This document shows positions 37,691-52,900 of a DNA stretch of 64,000 nt, one piece after another. The position numbers were made by a program, and so were the translations under genes. Position 1 is the first letter of the stretch; every line of letters starts with the position of its first letter. The notes below the pieces were generated by a model. It searched no databases, had not been told where the DNA came from, and saw only the letters and a list, made by a program, of their open reading frames with translations. This DNA comes from Balanoglossus misakiensis (taxonomy: Eukaryota; Animalia; Hemichordata): positions 14,926,998-14,990,997 of the forward strand of contig CM082578.2 of assembly GCA_040954595.2 (NCBI GenBank). The letters are read 5' to 3'.

Positions 37691-40600
37691 CTTTGACATA
37701 CATGCTTGATTTTTCACCAATAGCCCATCGCCACTCCAGTTACGTTGCAAATATGTAAAGTGCACTGCCTGTGTTTCTTCCTGTAGCAAGCCGAGGTGGC
37801 AAAGGCCTTCAACGTACTTCCAGAAAGACAAGCAAAAGTCGCATCCATCATGAGCTTTTTCGAAAAGGATGAGAAGGACACGTCCCAAGAGCAAACTTTG
37901 TACTGCATCTGTCGTACATCTGCGGTGGACAGGTTTATGATGTAGGTAGCATTTAATGTTTTCTCCTTTGCAGTTATTCTTATTTGACTCTTATATCCCA
38001 TAATAATTCCAGCCCACCATCCGCTTTATCAGTCATCGTAGGATCAAGGAGAAATTGTCCAAAACTTAACAAGATCAGAATAAAAGGGGAGAAATCAAAA
38101 CGGAGTGAAGCAAGCTCTCTCCCTATGATTATAACAAAAATCTTAGTAACAATAGTATTAAAGTAATGCATCAGTTGAGATTTGGCATGTCAAGGAAGTA
38201 TTAAAGTATAAATGTTATGAGCTCATTGGACGATTGGTTAGACACCTCTTGTTATAGTTGATACATTGTAGCATTCATGGTATTAAAGTGAGTCCTCTTC
38301 AATTCATTTATTCTATAAATTAATTAATTAATTAATTACGTCTGAACATCACATCAAAACAGATGCTGCGATAAATGTCTGGAATGGTTCCATGGTAACT
38401 GTGTTCAGATCACTCAGGAGAAGGCACACGGTATCAAGAGATGGTTCTGCCCACCATGTAAAAGTGAGTGTTACACTTAGTTATGTCAGGTAGCCCTGTA
38501 ATAGACTCCAGACTTTATGTGATCATAGAAGGGATATTTGACATCTCAGTGACAATATACCCTCACTAAGTGTCTCTAATAGTCATTTCATTAATTAGCA
38601 AGGTGCTTGTTTCCACTTGATTTTACAACTATCAGAGTTGATCGTCATACATGTAGCATGACACAAGTGGGCTATTTTCATTTGTTCTTATTCCAGTTGT
38701 TTCATGCCACACCAGTATGTTTTGGTATGTAGGTTCTTTATATCTTACTTGGAGAAATGTTTGTCAACTGTACAAATAAAAATTACCCTTTTCCTTCACA
38801 GAGAATGATCCTAGTCTGCAAGACAAATTCAAGACAAAGAAGAAAGACAAGGAGAAAAAACGCAAAGAGAAGCATAAAGAAAAGAAATCAGAATCTGGTG
38901 ATGACAAATATGTAAGTTATATGACTGTTAATCATTGAAGACCTTGTATTTCACATTGGTATTCAACATACCGGTAATTTTAGAAAAGATATTAGAGAAT
39001 ATTTTAACTGTATAATCATTAATGAATTATTTGGTTGTGTTTAAGTCCAAACAGGGGCCACAGAGATCAACGCGTCGTTGTGGAGAATGTGAAGCTTGTG
39101 TGAAAACAGAAGATTGTGGCAAATGTGACTTCTGTCTGGTAAGGTTAAGATAAGAGTAGGCCTTATCAAAAACTCAGTTACCCAACTTGAGGTAATTGAG
39201 CCGTACCGTTTGGGTTGGTTGAAAACCACAGCTGGGAGGGGCAGACAACTTATGTATGGTGTCCATAACCATTGATGGATGGTTCTTCCATGCTTTGGAA
39301 AAATGTAAAAAAACAAAGGTTTGAGATATGCTAACTAAAATTTATTTAGGTACCCTAGTGGTGATGATTAATTCTGAATTTCCTTTTTTTCTTCAGGACA
39401 TGCGTAAATTTGGTGGCCCAAACAAGATCCGACAGAAATGCCGACTACGACAGTGCATATACAGATCCAGGGTGAGTTTCTTTCAGTTAGGGTTCAAGCA
39501 TCATATCTGTGGCCCTGTACATCAGTTTTGTGTGAATATATGTCCAGTTTTGTTATCCAGTCATTGTGCCTGTAGATAAATTAGAATTGTAATCATTATG
39601 ATTTGCCTTCATAGAAACTGTTGCGAGGAGATAAATTCAAAGCGTCAGATGATGGTGCCTCCTCTCCGCATGCGTCTGGTATTGGTGCTGATTCTGAAAA
39701 CGAGGCTCACTTATTTCATTTTGGGTCTTCTGATCATCAGGTAAGACTTGAGCAGACACTTGTCAAAAAGGTCTCTGTGACCCATTGATGTAGTGATTGC
39801 ATTGATTGGGACTTTTGATTTTCTTTGTACTTATATGCATACTTTGATGTTCATTCATAGAGGCGACGTGATTCCGAAAGGAGAGAAAGAAGATCTGAAA
39901 AGAGGGAAAAGAAATCTGTTAAGTTGAAGCATACGAGCAGTAAAGAGAAAAAGGTAAGAAAGAACTTGTGTGGTCGGTCTTCAGGTCATGTGATAGAAGT
40001 ATAGATATCAGCTGTTGTCATTGCTGCTATCAGTACTGAGCATGATTTTCTAAATGACTTTCTTGCAGCCAAAGGTGAAGAAAGGTTCATCTGAGAAAAG
40101 GAAGAGGAAGTACCCGGAAGACGACTCGGAGAAGAATAAGAAAGAAGAGGCTGAGAAGTTACGGCAGTGTTACGGTCCTGCTTGTGTCAATGCAGCTCGA
40201 CTGAACAGTAAATACTGTTCAGATGACTGTGGTATGAAGCTGGCCACCAGGTAAGGCATTGAAAATTTGACATCGATAACAAATGTTATAACTTGTATTT
40301 ATGGTGTTTATTAGCCCCACAATTATGAGTGAAGTGCTCATATAATTAAGATGATGGTATCTTAAATGCACATGTCAAATCAATAGGAATTTGTACTTTT
40401 GTCTGCTCTTGGAGGGTGTGTGGAAATGTTCACAGTGTTAGAACCGGGGCAGAAGAATATGTGACCATATGAAGCCACTTAAAACCACTTGATTCCACAA
40501 ATCAATGTCAGAGGTCACTGTGGAAAGTCTTTGAGACTAAAACACTTCTTACTTTCATAACGTTACTCTTGCTGCAGTCGCATCTATCAGATACTTCCCA

Positions 40601-42249
40601 CGAGGATTCAGGAATGGCAGCAAAGTCCGTGTGTGGCGGAGGAACAGAACAAAAAAATGCTGGAAAAGATCCGCAGAGAGCAGAAAGAGGCATATGAGTG
40701 TCTGGCAAAACTGGATAAGAAGATCGAGCAATTGAACAGTATTCAAGAGAGAGGAAAATCATTATCAGTACTTTCAGATCATGAGGTATATACTTGATGA
40801 ATATAAGATAGATTTATTTGTTGAGAATGAATGATGAGAGCCTTTAATTAATATTGAATATCATAATAATTACTTCATAACAAATAAAATGATTAACATA
40901 GCAACCTAGTATCACAATCAAAGAAAGGCTATTTCGTTCATTGAATGTTTGTGTTGCCATTAATGACTAATAATCTTATTTAATTTCAAGATCATTGATT
41001 ATTTACAGCTGGATGACAATATTTTTCTTCATATTTCAGAACACAGATGGTGAAAGTGATGAGGCTGATTTAAGTATACACTGTGTGAGTTGTGGACACC
41101 CAGTACATCCAAGGGCAGCTTTGAAACACATGGAGAAATGTTTTAGTAAGGTAAAGAGAATTTGAAACTTTGTTTCTCTATCACATGGATTTAGTTCCTG
41201 TAAAATGGAAAACAAGGTTGTGGGTGAGAAAGATGAAGACTCAACTGAAACACTTCAGTGTTTCTATTTATTAATGATTACGGTACCAATTTGATTTGAT
41301 TGCAGTATGAAAGCCAAACTTCTTTTGGATCAGCATTTGTCACTAAAATTGTAGGGTAAGTATTAGGTTAGTTACCCAGTCTCCACATTGAGATTGCTCT
41401 TGTATCATGTAATGTTTAAAATATAAAAATCATAACACTTCAAAAGAAAACTTGTAAAATGCCAAAAATAATCTCATAAAATTAATTGTAACATTTTTTG
41501 TTTGACAGAGAATCAATGTTTTGTGACTACTACAATGCACAACAGAACACATACTGTAAAAGACTAAAAGTGTTATGTCCAGAACACACCAAAGAACAAA
41601 AGGTATGTAATAATAATATTAATGATCAGTCAGAAATTCACAATTGGATCAGACACTGCTTTATTCCTGCATTGGATAGTGAGATACTTTATTGTGATTT
41701 ACCCAGCATTTTTCCTCTCATATTTTATTTTGTTTTTCCTGAACTTGAAGGTGTCAGCGCATGACGTGTGTGGGTGTCCGTTGGTGGCCAATGTCTTTGA
41801 AGAAACTGGAGATTTGTGTCGGGTAGCCAAGAAAAAATGCAACAAACATCACTGCTGGGAGAAACTGAGAAGAGCAGAGATTGATTTAGAGAGAGTAAGA
41901 CAGGTGAGTTGCATGTGTACAACTCTTGCACACTCCTCTTGCCCAGTATATGTGTCAAAGACAGCATTGAAAACAATAGGATAGGAAATACTCAGATTGC
42001 AAAGCTGCATATGGCGTACTAAATTGAAATGGTTCTTAGCATCCATTAAATGACCATTTTATCAAAGTCTAAATCTTTTTTTTCTGTTTACTTTTCTTTC
42101 AGTGGTTGAAAGTGGATGAGCTCTTTGAACAGGAGCGCAATGTGAGGATAGCAATGACAAACAGAGCTGGTGTTCTGGGTCTGATGCTGCATCAAACAAT
42201 TTGCCATGATCCTCTTCATCCAGTTCTTGCCCCAAACAACATGACATGA
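37601..42249 (+). CDS. CXXC1: CXXC-type zinc finger protein 1 (CFP1, SET1/COMPASS subunit)
   Basis: PHD (YCICR..FMICCDKCLEWFHGNC), CXXC (CGECEAC..CGKCDFC.DMRKFGGPNKIRQKC), SKYCSDDCG, YCKRLKVLCPEH, WEKLRRAEIDLERVRQ; TGA at 42247-42249. Confidence 0.95.
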
Positions 42250-43998
42250 GATGTCATACACACATACACACGAGGCAGTATTTCTTTTCTCACTTTGGAA
42301 GTTTATTGCATAATGTCTTCTTCATGGAACAAAGACAGAACACACATAAGAAGCTGTGTTATGATACAAACAAAAACACCAATACATCAAAGAATGGGCA
42401 CATTTCTGTGATCTGTGGCTCACAAACTTTTTTTTGCTGTCTGTTTGAGTTCTTGGTTTACAACATCTAATGAGAATGGTAGATCTGTGAACAAACAAGG
42501 AGAGGAGTATTTACAAAAACACACACAGCTGGAAACTGGAAGAATCCAGTTTGTATATGAAAGATAAGTTTACAGTCTACTGTAATGCCAGGATGTGGGA
42601 GGTTGTTTTTGGGTCAGCAATGTCAAGTAGTGTATCCAGATGGCTTGAAGTTTGTACCCCTCAGCTGATGCTCTTTGTTGAATGGAGATTTCATATCCAG
42701 ACCATTTGATTTTGGAGATTCAATTGATCTGATATGTTGTATATTTTATAATATCAGCTCTTTCAATGTGTTTGTTTATTTTAGTATTTAGAATTCTCGT
42801 TACACTGAAATTTTTCAGCTGATATAGATCAGTAAATTACTGAGATTACTGTACGTTTCTTTTTTAATAAAACAATACCACATTTATTGACTTGTTGAAT
42901 TGGTTTATTGTTGAACACGTCACATTATTCCTTCTTGAAAAAGTGCAGTATTCAACCTAATGCAAAACACTCATCCATACAACACACCTACTAAAATTCT
43001 TATAAACTAGATTTTATTACAATATACTTTAATTATTAGTTTTGCTAGTAAGATGTATATTTTACATAAAAAGGACTTTTTAATTTACAAATATATACAC
43101 GCTCATGCTTCATACAAAAATTTGTAGCAATCACTATTAAAATTGACGTAAAGATCCGATATTTACACAATAATATCCTGTTGTAGAAAACTATAATACT
43201 CATTAATAATAGGTACAAAATTTTGCTGTATGGAATGGACTTGTATATTTCACATTTATTTATGACAAATTTAATATTTTATTACAAACTCTTTAAAAAA
43301 GACCACAAAATTATTACATTGCATAGGAAATTGTACCTACAACAATTACTCTTACATTTCTATGGGACCTACTGTAGTCTCTTAAACTGTAATACAAGTT
43401 TCATTATTTTCTGAATTCTTGTGGTCATATGCATATTTGTACTCTTTAATTAATTGCATTATTATGTCTAAATGTGCTCATGCAAAAACAATTGGGCAAA
43501 ATCAGAGATCTGCATATAAATATGCAATGCTTGTCACATTTCAAACACTACATCATCCCCAGCAGTGGTATTATCCGATACTGTGTGTAATATCTGATTT
43601 GTTGTGATGTTGTGCAAAAAAATTGTTGTCTTCGGAGTCAGGAATGGGATCGAGTCACACAGTTCACCTTTTGATATGACTTTAAACTATTGAAAATAAT
43701 TTATTTCCTACAATGATATTACAGTGATTGTATACAGGAAATCACTATGCATACATTCACTAAGGAATATCGTAAACTCCAATTGTTTCAGTGCAGCTAA
43801 TTGTGATGCTTGACAAATGTAAATAACACCACCTGGATAAACAGCTGTCAATAACCTGCATATTGCTTGAAAAATTGGAAGAAAGTCCTCAGAATCTCAC
43901 CAAAGAGATAGATGTTGTAAACTCCATAATGATCACTTGATCTTGAGACATTTCAACCACTGTCGTTTTGAACAGGACCATATTTCATCCAAAACTCA

Positions 43999-46900
43999 TC
44001 AGAGGATGGAGCAGCAAGCAGACGCCGTCTGTCTCCGTGGAATAATTCCACTTCCAAACTCACTGATGTCATCTTCGTAATCGCCCTCATCTTCATTTTC
44101 TATGTACTGAATCAGAAGCATCAACAGCTGACCAATACGAGTTCCTCCAATGATGTTGTAGTATTTGATCTTCATTGCGGTGACATTGGAGTAGACGTAC
44201 TGTGATGTCACTTGGGAGCCATCTTTTACTCTCCATAACTTCACTTGCTGTAATATAAAGTAAAAGGAATGATACTATGAAATGCCAAATCTGTCATGAG
44301 TCAATCAGAATAACTTGTACTTCAGAAGACCAGACGTACCTTGTCAGAAGCAGCACTGGCAATGAATCTTCCATCATCTGAGAAGGCCAAATGATTGACA
44401 TCGCATTCAACATCACTCTTACCCTGGTGAAAGAATAAGAGAATAGAAGATACATAATGCTAAACCAGATTTCACCAATATTCATGATCATCCCTTAATA
44501 GTCTGGTCATGTCACAGCACAGCCAAAGCCTGACAGCATAGTTATAAGACTGCTGATACAGATAATTTTTATTGCCACACAAACTTTCAACTGACAAACC
44601 CTCTTTAAGCTTAACAAACTCACCACAATGAAAGTCTGCAGCTTTTTCTTCTTGTCGATGTTCCAGATGATGATGACCGGATCCAATGCGGCTGATGCCA
44701 GCATCTTTCCATCAGCACTCATGGTTAGACACTGTACTGGTGACCTGTGACCTTTCATGGTCTGTGTCTTGCTGTTCTTGGTGTTGTACACACACACCAT
44801 TCCATCCCTCGTGCCATAGATCATCATGCTCGAATTTGCCAACGCCACGCACAAGACATGTTTGTTAGTCGGAGCGATCGCCACGACGGTCTTCTCCCGT
44901 ATGCTCCACAGAGAGACAGTGTTGTCCGCGCACACACTGATGAAGTGACTGTCGCTTTGGTTGAGATTCAAGTGCCTTATTGCATCGGACTGCTCTGGAA
45001 ATATATGCATGCTTTCTCCACTCTTGATGTGCCAGAGAATGACGGTCTTGTCGGCACCACCACTCAAAACGTACTTGTCATCATGTGTGGTCACCAGACA
45101 CTTGACCTCAGCCGTGTGTCCAACCAGTGTGTATTTGTCCTGTCCATCTTCAACATCCCACACCTTCACATCACAGCCATTGTCTGCTCTGTAAAGTACA
45201 TACTGGCAATTGGACGTGACATCTACAACACCAGACTTGTCCGGGAAAGTTTGACGCTTTTCCTTGGCCTGTTCCGGTGATATATTCCAGAGCTTGATGT
45301 ACTCTGACTTGAGCGATGCTGAAACTACGAGGTACTTAGCCAGAGCAAGGTGGGATACAATCGCTTGCTGTCCTTCCAGTGTGTGTACAAGATTACCCGT
45401 AGCAGCTTCCCAGACTACCATGATGTCATCCCTGGCTCCAGAAACGATGTACTTGTTATCATGGCTGATACATATGCAATCAATAGCACCATCATGACCT
45501 GTCAACAACAGAGAAAAATTCGGTGTTAGAAAAAATCCTACAAAAATATCAGAACAAAAACCATTCCTTCTCCTCCTGCAAGTAAATAGTCAAATTATGA
45601 AAACACCTGACATCACAAATTATATATATAAACAAACAAACAAACAAACAAATCAAAACTTGATACATCCTAAATACAGCATTCTCTCTTGATAACCCTG
45701 TCTTCAAACAATCTCACCTGAGCATGTATGAAGTAACTGGCCATCTTTCATATTCCATATCATGAGCTGTTGTCCATTACCAGTTGCTAAGTAAGTCTCA
45801 TCAGGGCTTACACAAACTGAATACAATGGTTGCTGGTTGGCGCTGCACAACTTGTGTAGAATTTCTCCACTGGCCACGTCAATCACAAGCTGCAATAGAC
45901 ATCCCATATAATTTTAATAACCTTGGCTCATAGTAAATATATTCTGTGCTCCAATTTACAAGTCTTGTCTGGATAATTTCTCTGGACAAGAAAAAATTGT
46001 CTGCCCGGTGGCCATGTAAAACTTTATATGTAAACTTTTACATGTTAAGAAATGAAAATCTTGCTTACTGCAGTTTTGTCTCTGGAACCACTGACAGCAT
46101 ATTTTGAAGAGACAGTAAGACATGTAACATCATTGGTATGTTGCGTCATGTTGTGTAGAATTTGTCCTGTTTCCAAACTCCATATCTTGACTGTCGTATC
46201 ATCAGACGCACTCACTATATACTTGTCATCAGGGGTAACCTTCAGACTGGATATGGCGTTGGTATGTCCTTTGAAGGTTTGCAATCTCTTTCCTTCAATT
46301 ATGTCATGAACCTGCATGTATAAGCAACAAGTTATTTGCGTCAATTAAAAAAGTGACAAGATTATCTGCTTGTATTTGTCAAAAGAAACAAAGAGATAAA
46401 TAACCATCTTAGCTTGAAATCAGTCCCTTGAAAAACTACTGAAATAGTTTTATGACAGATTTTAGGAGAGTATGATATTATTGAGAGTTGGGTGACACTA
46501 CATAAACCCTTCATCAGTGTGTAAATGTCCTGATGTAGCAAGGTGAATCTGTTTTGACAACTTACACTGATGTTGGTATTATCAATCGACACAGCTCTGC
46601 AACTGTCATAGGTCGTAGTGAGCGGAGCATGCAGGTAATAGTAGCTGTGAATTTCAGGTAAGCGATGGATGATTTCCCCTGTACGAAGACTCCATACAAT
46701 CAATGAGTCATCAGCTGCTCCTGACACTAGCCATTTGCCATTGCTGGTGATAGCCACGCAGTATACTGCATCTGGAAAAAGAAGAAAAGAGTCAATGCCT
46801 CCTGGAATGAATGAAGAAATGATGGAAGAATGATTTATGGATAGTCAGGATAGTATAATATCTGTAATTTACGATTTATTGCACAAATTAATTCAGGGAA

Positions 46901-49900
46901 AATTTTTGTTAGATATTTTACAAATATATATAGATTAATATGGCATTATAATGAATTGAATAAATCACTTGGGAAGAGTTGTAGGGTATTGAAAACACAT
47001 GCATGTTATGTCCTTCAATGAGTGAATGGTGTTAGTAGGTTAATTGATCATTGTCTGTAAAATGTAAACATCATACATAAAATCTTTCAAAAAATTATCC
47101 CATTAACCACAGGTGAGATAGATTCAAATATTGTTACATTTCTTTCTTGAGTAGCTGGAAGTTTTTATTTTATTTGGACAGGCAGATCTTTGATATGTTA
47201 GTGACTAGTAAATGTTGGAGTTATATAAATAATCATCCTGGAACTGTTAGTGTTCATCAGTTATTATTGATAACTCAAGACCCAAGGACCAAAAATGATT
47301 GCTGTATCATTCTATATACCAATGATCTCAGAAAATTCCATTACTGATGGAAGCATTATGTGCTTAAGGCTTACTAGCAACTTAACTCCTTCACCATCAT
47401 GGTTCAGTCCAAACCCATTGTTTTCTATGGAAAGATTGGACCTCTAAAGAGGGAACTGAGGGTGAAAGGGTTAAGCAGTCAAAGTATGCAGATACCAAAA
47501 GCTGCATAGAGAGCAATGAAAAGATTCTTACCTACACTTCCTAGAGCTGTAGAAATAGTTTAAAGTTGCGATTACAGCATGAAATGGAGAAAGCAGAGAA
47601 GTTTTATGTCAATATGCAAGCAATATACAGCAAACCATCTCACCTAATTTAAGTGGCATATTGCAATTTAACAAGAAAGATTGTGCTGGTTGGGGTAAAG
47701 TTACTCTGCAGATGCAAAATACCGGTTAAAATACTAGCAATAGATCATGCAACTATATGAATGATCACCTAAACAGTGCAAATGTGACAGGGACATGAAA
47801 ACTGTCTTCTACTAGGCTTCTAGGTACCTGGTATTAACTGCAACCAAATCTGTAAGCAACTTAATCATATACCGGTATTCAAACTCATGGCACCTTCCCC
47901 TGATGTTTGTTTTTTCTCAGTGAGGGCGCCCTCACAAGAAAAAAACCTGAGACGCTAGGCAAGGAGAAGCAGTATACTTGATGATATACGACACAAAAAG
48001 GTGTCAATAGCATGCTTCACAACATGCAAAACATGCAGATGTACAATCATCACAGAAATGAATGGCTGTACATTTAACTGAACACACTGCAGCCATTCTC
48101 CCCACCGCACCCAAACACTCAACAATATGTACAGGGACTTTCACACACACAGACACAGGATTGTTTTCCTGGATAATCTGATTTACCAGAATGGGCCTGT
48201 AGGGTGTGAATTACTTCATCTGTTTCCAGGTGCCACACTTTCACTGTGAAGTCCCTGGATGCAGTCACCAGAAGCATATTTGCCTGGTTTATTGCCATAT
48301 CAAGAATGTCACCTGTCAAAACAAAAAGTGACAATTAAATTTTAACACTACATAAAATCAGAATTCCGATTTCTAAAATTAAATCTGACAGATTTTAATT
48401 TGATGGAATATCAAATGATTGCTCATGACCACGATGCAAAAACTTTCACCAAATTTGATGGAACGGAATTGGGCCAATGTGAATCAAAAGGCAGGGCTTA
48501 CCTCGATGACCAATGAGAGTTGTTCTAAGAGGACCTCCAGGGGCTGGGAAGCACCCCCTCTGTGGTGCTAACACGGAGTGGCGATATCTGCTGCACCAAT
48601 CCTGAGTTCTACTGACGAGTGTACCAATGCATCTTGGGTATTTGTCAACAAATTGAAGGAGACGTCCCAAAAACTCCAAACCGAGACATTCAGGACTCAG
48701 ATAAGTGACACCAACAAATTCCAGTGTTGGCCGTGCCAGTCTGTAAGGTTAACATTGAACAACAATTATCATGAAATAAAACAAACTTCAACGTATAGTA
48801 AAAGTTGTGTATAAAGCTTGATGGTGGCTCTGAAATGTTGATGGTAGTTAGATGTTGATGGTGTGAATATCAAAGGATGGAAAGTTATATTGTGATTGTG
48901 AATATTGTTTATGTTGGTGTATGTGTGTAAGTTAGGAAGTTAATAGTAGGTGGGAAAAGTTGGGACACTGACTTTAATTCATGGTGAACACAAAGTGTCT
49001 TATTAATACCTCATTGCATCTCGTATGAGTTTGACCTCTTCAGCGAGTTGAGTGCCTTGTTTTTCACTCAGAACCAGATTCAAATCTTCAATGACACTCT
49101 GAACTGATAATGCTGTCACAACTGCATTCAAGAAGGTAAAATTACCAATGACGTGCTGTGGTAGATTAAAATGGGGGAAAAGTTTTGTTGTTAAATGTCA
49201 ATAACTGTGAGGGTTCATTTAAGACACAATGGTAAACTGTGCATAATTTGTATCTTGGATGTAAATGAATGGTTGCCATAGGAACTGACCTCTATCAGTT
49301 GATCATCATCCCCAGCGTACACAAGATGGTAAGGAAGTTCTTTCAACTTTCTCATGTTGTATAATTTCCTGAATTTCATTGGTTGACTTGCCACTTTGCG
49401 GTCAGCATTGTAAGTTTCTTTTCTCTGAGAGAGGAAGATTGTCTGTAAAACAAGATTTTAACACAGAATTATTTGAGTGCTCAATGTATAATTTGCCAGA
49501 TTAACCAGAATCTAGCAAAAACATACAAATTAACTGCTCATCTAAGTTTTCCTATATCCACAAACCTTTTTGACTCCATTGCTCCATGTTCCCAGGAAAA
49601 ACTCAGCCAGTATTTGGTGCCTTGATTTCTTCATATCACCTTTCAAATAGTGATCTCGAGCAGCCTCTATGAATTGTCTTTGTAAAAAAAAAGCAAATAT
49701 GTGCAGAGTATTATCGAGCTGTACTGATCGATGTCAAAGTAGTGATAGACTACGATTTCACTCTGCCAGTGTCTGAAAGCTAGATGGTTAGAATAAGTCA
49801 ATTAATATTCATCTCATCTCTGAGTAGCTTTCCTACATGTCTAAAAAACACTCACCTATGATAGAGTGCCATGACACTTTTTCCATTGGCCTGTCTGGTG

Positions 49901-52900
49901 ACCAGATACTCCTCCAGGTCATACTTAAGCCGTGTCCATAGCAACGGTGGTATACGGACCATGTCAGGATTGGGTGGGGACCAATACTGATATACATCAT
50001 CTAAGACTTCGTCGTCAATGCTAAGAACGTCTTCCAGCTCAGCTTCACTTAAACCATTTCTGTTTGAAAATGACACGATCATCCAAGACTTGGATTTTAC
50101 TTTTCATGCACCACATGAGGTGGCTGTAGCTTTAAGTTACACAATTTTTATGAGATAATTGATGAATACTTGTTTTATCGGAGTACATTCCTCGGACCTT
50201 CCTCGCCTTTTTATGCATGATCATAATAAGAACCCTCCTGGCATATCCTACACAGAACTGAGTACAGTATTATGAAAAAGGAGGTAGCCATTTATACTGA
50301 CCTTGCTGCAGTGATGTATCCTAGTGCATGTGATACAAGAGTTTTACCATGTTTTTTCTCCAGTCTGCCATAAAGCAGTCCAATAGCAGATCGTACTGAG
50401 TCACCAAGATCAAGGTCAGATGTAGGAGTGTAGGACTTCCAGAAACATGCCTGGTCAAAGGCAAGTTTGAGAAACAACGGCTGTCTGCATCGAGAAAATG
50501 CTGAATAGTGGGGAAAAAAACAGTAATTCTGGTAAAATTTCCACTCGCGTGTATGTGTACATATGATATTTCGTACAGGGATTGCTGGATTTACACAAGT
50601 AGGGGAGGTCTGACCCTCTTGTCAAACACTGAACAAGGGATTGATCATGTGGTTGAACACGAGCCTATTGTACCATATACTGTAAAGATAATAGTTAAGT
50701 TTCTGAGAGAAAAAAATCCATCACTAGATTTTGCTGTTAACACTCCTTACCTTCTCTGAAGAGTTTTCTTTGGTTTGAAGTGATCTGTCTGTTTATCCTG
50801 GTCATCCAAGTGTCAAAGATCAGTTTGCCGGCATCTTCCTGTAACGGTTTCACCTGGAAGTAGTTGTCTTCATCCGGCATTCTCTGGAGCAGGTTCTCCA
50901 GGATGTTGTGCTCGTTTGGGAGGGAAGACACGATGATAGTCACATTTGGAGGGCATGACTTCGGAAGCCAGTTGCAACTGAACGGAGAGTGGCTATCCGA
51001 TAGCTGATCCAGGGAATCAATCAGGATGAGGAGTGGTCGCTTGTTGATATTCTGGGACACTTCTCGAAGGAGTACCGGAATGAAGGCGACCAGATCGTGG
51101 TAGTTTTGCCAGATGTTGTTGGACGGAGCATCTATGTGGTAAACCTGGCATATCTGCTGGCATATGCTGCCCAGTACTTGAAGGATGGACGTGCTCTGAC
51201 CTGATGTGCCCACAAACCGAAGAACGGTCACACAGTTTTCCCCAAGCTCCTTACGAGAGTTTTTAGCCAGCATGGCCATGACCGATGTCTTGCCACTTCC
51301 TGAGAAACCAAACAAAACCGCCGGCTTGTGTCCTGCCTTGCGATGCGTTCTGCTGACGTACCCGTTGATTTCATCCAGTAAATCTTTCCGACCGCAGAAC
51401 ACAGCACATTTGCTGACACAAAAATTGATATGGTGGGCGATTTCATTCCGCAGCTGACTGCTGTAAATAGTGGACCCTGATTTTGTGTTGACCGCTTCCT
51501 CAACTTTCTGTTTTATACCCATCACAAATTCCTTGCAGAACTGTTCCAAGTATTTCTTGTGCTCTGACACACATGGGTTGATACCCCCATCCATCCATTC
51601 CACTCCATACGAGTGAATGTCTCTCTGATTGAAATTTGCTGAAATGAATTTATTCCGTACATTTTCCAACAAAGTTCTCTCCTCTTCCTTAGGCTTTCCA
51701 TCATCTGTGACATCCGTATACACTTTCGATGCTTTGTCATCTACATTGATGTTGTTTAATGTCCTCAGAAAACACAAACAATGTTGGTTGGCACCAGCCA
51801 ATGTGGTTGCTTCTCTGAGTTCAGCCTCAGTCACTGAAAAGGAAATAGTAACACAGTGTTACATCTTAAAATCAAAGCTTTATAGTGCCCTTGCCAAAAT
51901 GAATTGGACATCAAAGTTGATAAGCTCATCAATTCTTCTTACGCTGTTTTTTTCACTGTGCATAGATCTCACATACAACTGACCTCCCTTACTTTTCCAT
52001 AAAAGACACCAACTGAAGAATCTCTAATTCAATATTCAGAAACCTGCTACTCACCTGACATGAAATACTTGTGTTTAGTTTCCTCACTTATCAGTCCATC
52101 CTCAAAAGCCTTCTGGGCAGCTTTTCGTAGCAAACCCGCCAGGTTTTCAAACACTTCCATCCAAAGCTTGTGGTCTTTTTCACGAAGCTCCTTATTGGCC
52201 GGATCGGTGTCATCGTAATGTTGGAACTTGGTGGTGATTGGCTGGAGGACATATCGTGGAGGAATGGCATTTTCATCAACTTTATACCAGTTTCTGAACA
52301 GACCATTGTCTTCTTCACCTGAGATACACTTGTTCAAAATGTTGAATTCTTTTTCTTCGATCTCAGCTGGAAGTGGCCTATAGCCATACCTTTGACCCAA
52401 GAAACACTGGCAAAAAATACACATGTTATTGTTAAGCACAGACCAAGAATCTAAGTAGTGCTGATTATATAAGATCAACCAATGTCTCTTTTCTTGTCCA
52501 AGTTCTAGTACATATTATTGTATTTCAATGATTACTGATGGGTGAATTCTCAATGGAACTTTAAGAACACTTTCAGATGGTGTCTATAGTGACCCAAATA
52601 CTTCTTCATTCAGGCTTTGTTATATACAAAAAAGCATGTTTACATAAGTGAAACAATGAAAAGGTGCACTACAGTTATGCTAACAAACTGAGTGTATATA
52701 CCCATCACTAGTTGACTGAATTTTGTTACATCACAGACAATTATGCCATTGGATTCTACAATGACATCAACATTCTCAAGTCGCATACTGTGGCTTTTCT
52801 ACTGTTTTTGTAAAGTCTATGGTCACATACATACACTGCCTTTGAAATAGTACTATGCTTCTGCAGCTATTATTTGATATATTAGGCAGCATACAAGAAT

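Noticed and set aside
30019-42650. 14-bp complementarity between an RBM5 intron (30019-32) and the CXXC1 3' UTR (42637-50)
   Set aside because: Several such matches are expected by chance in 64 kb.
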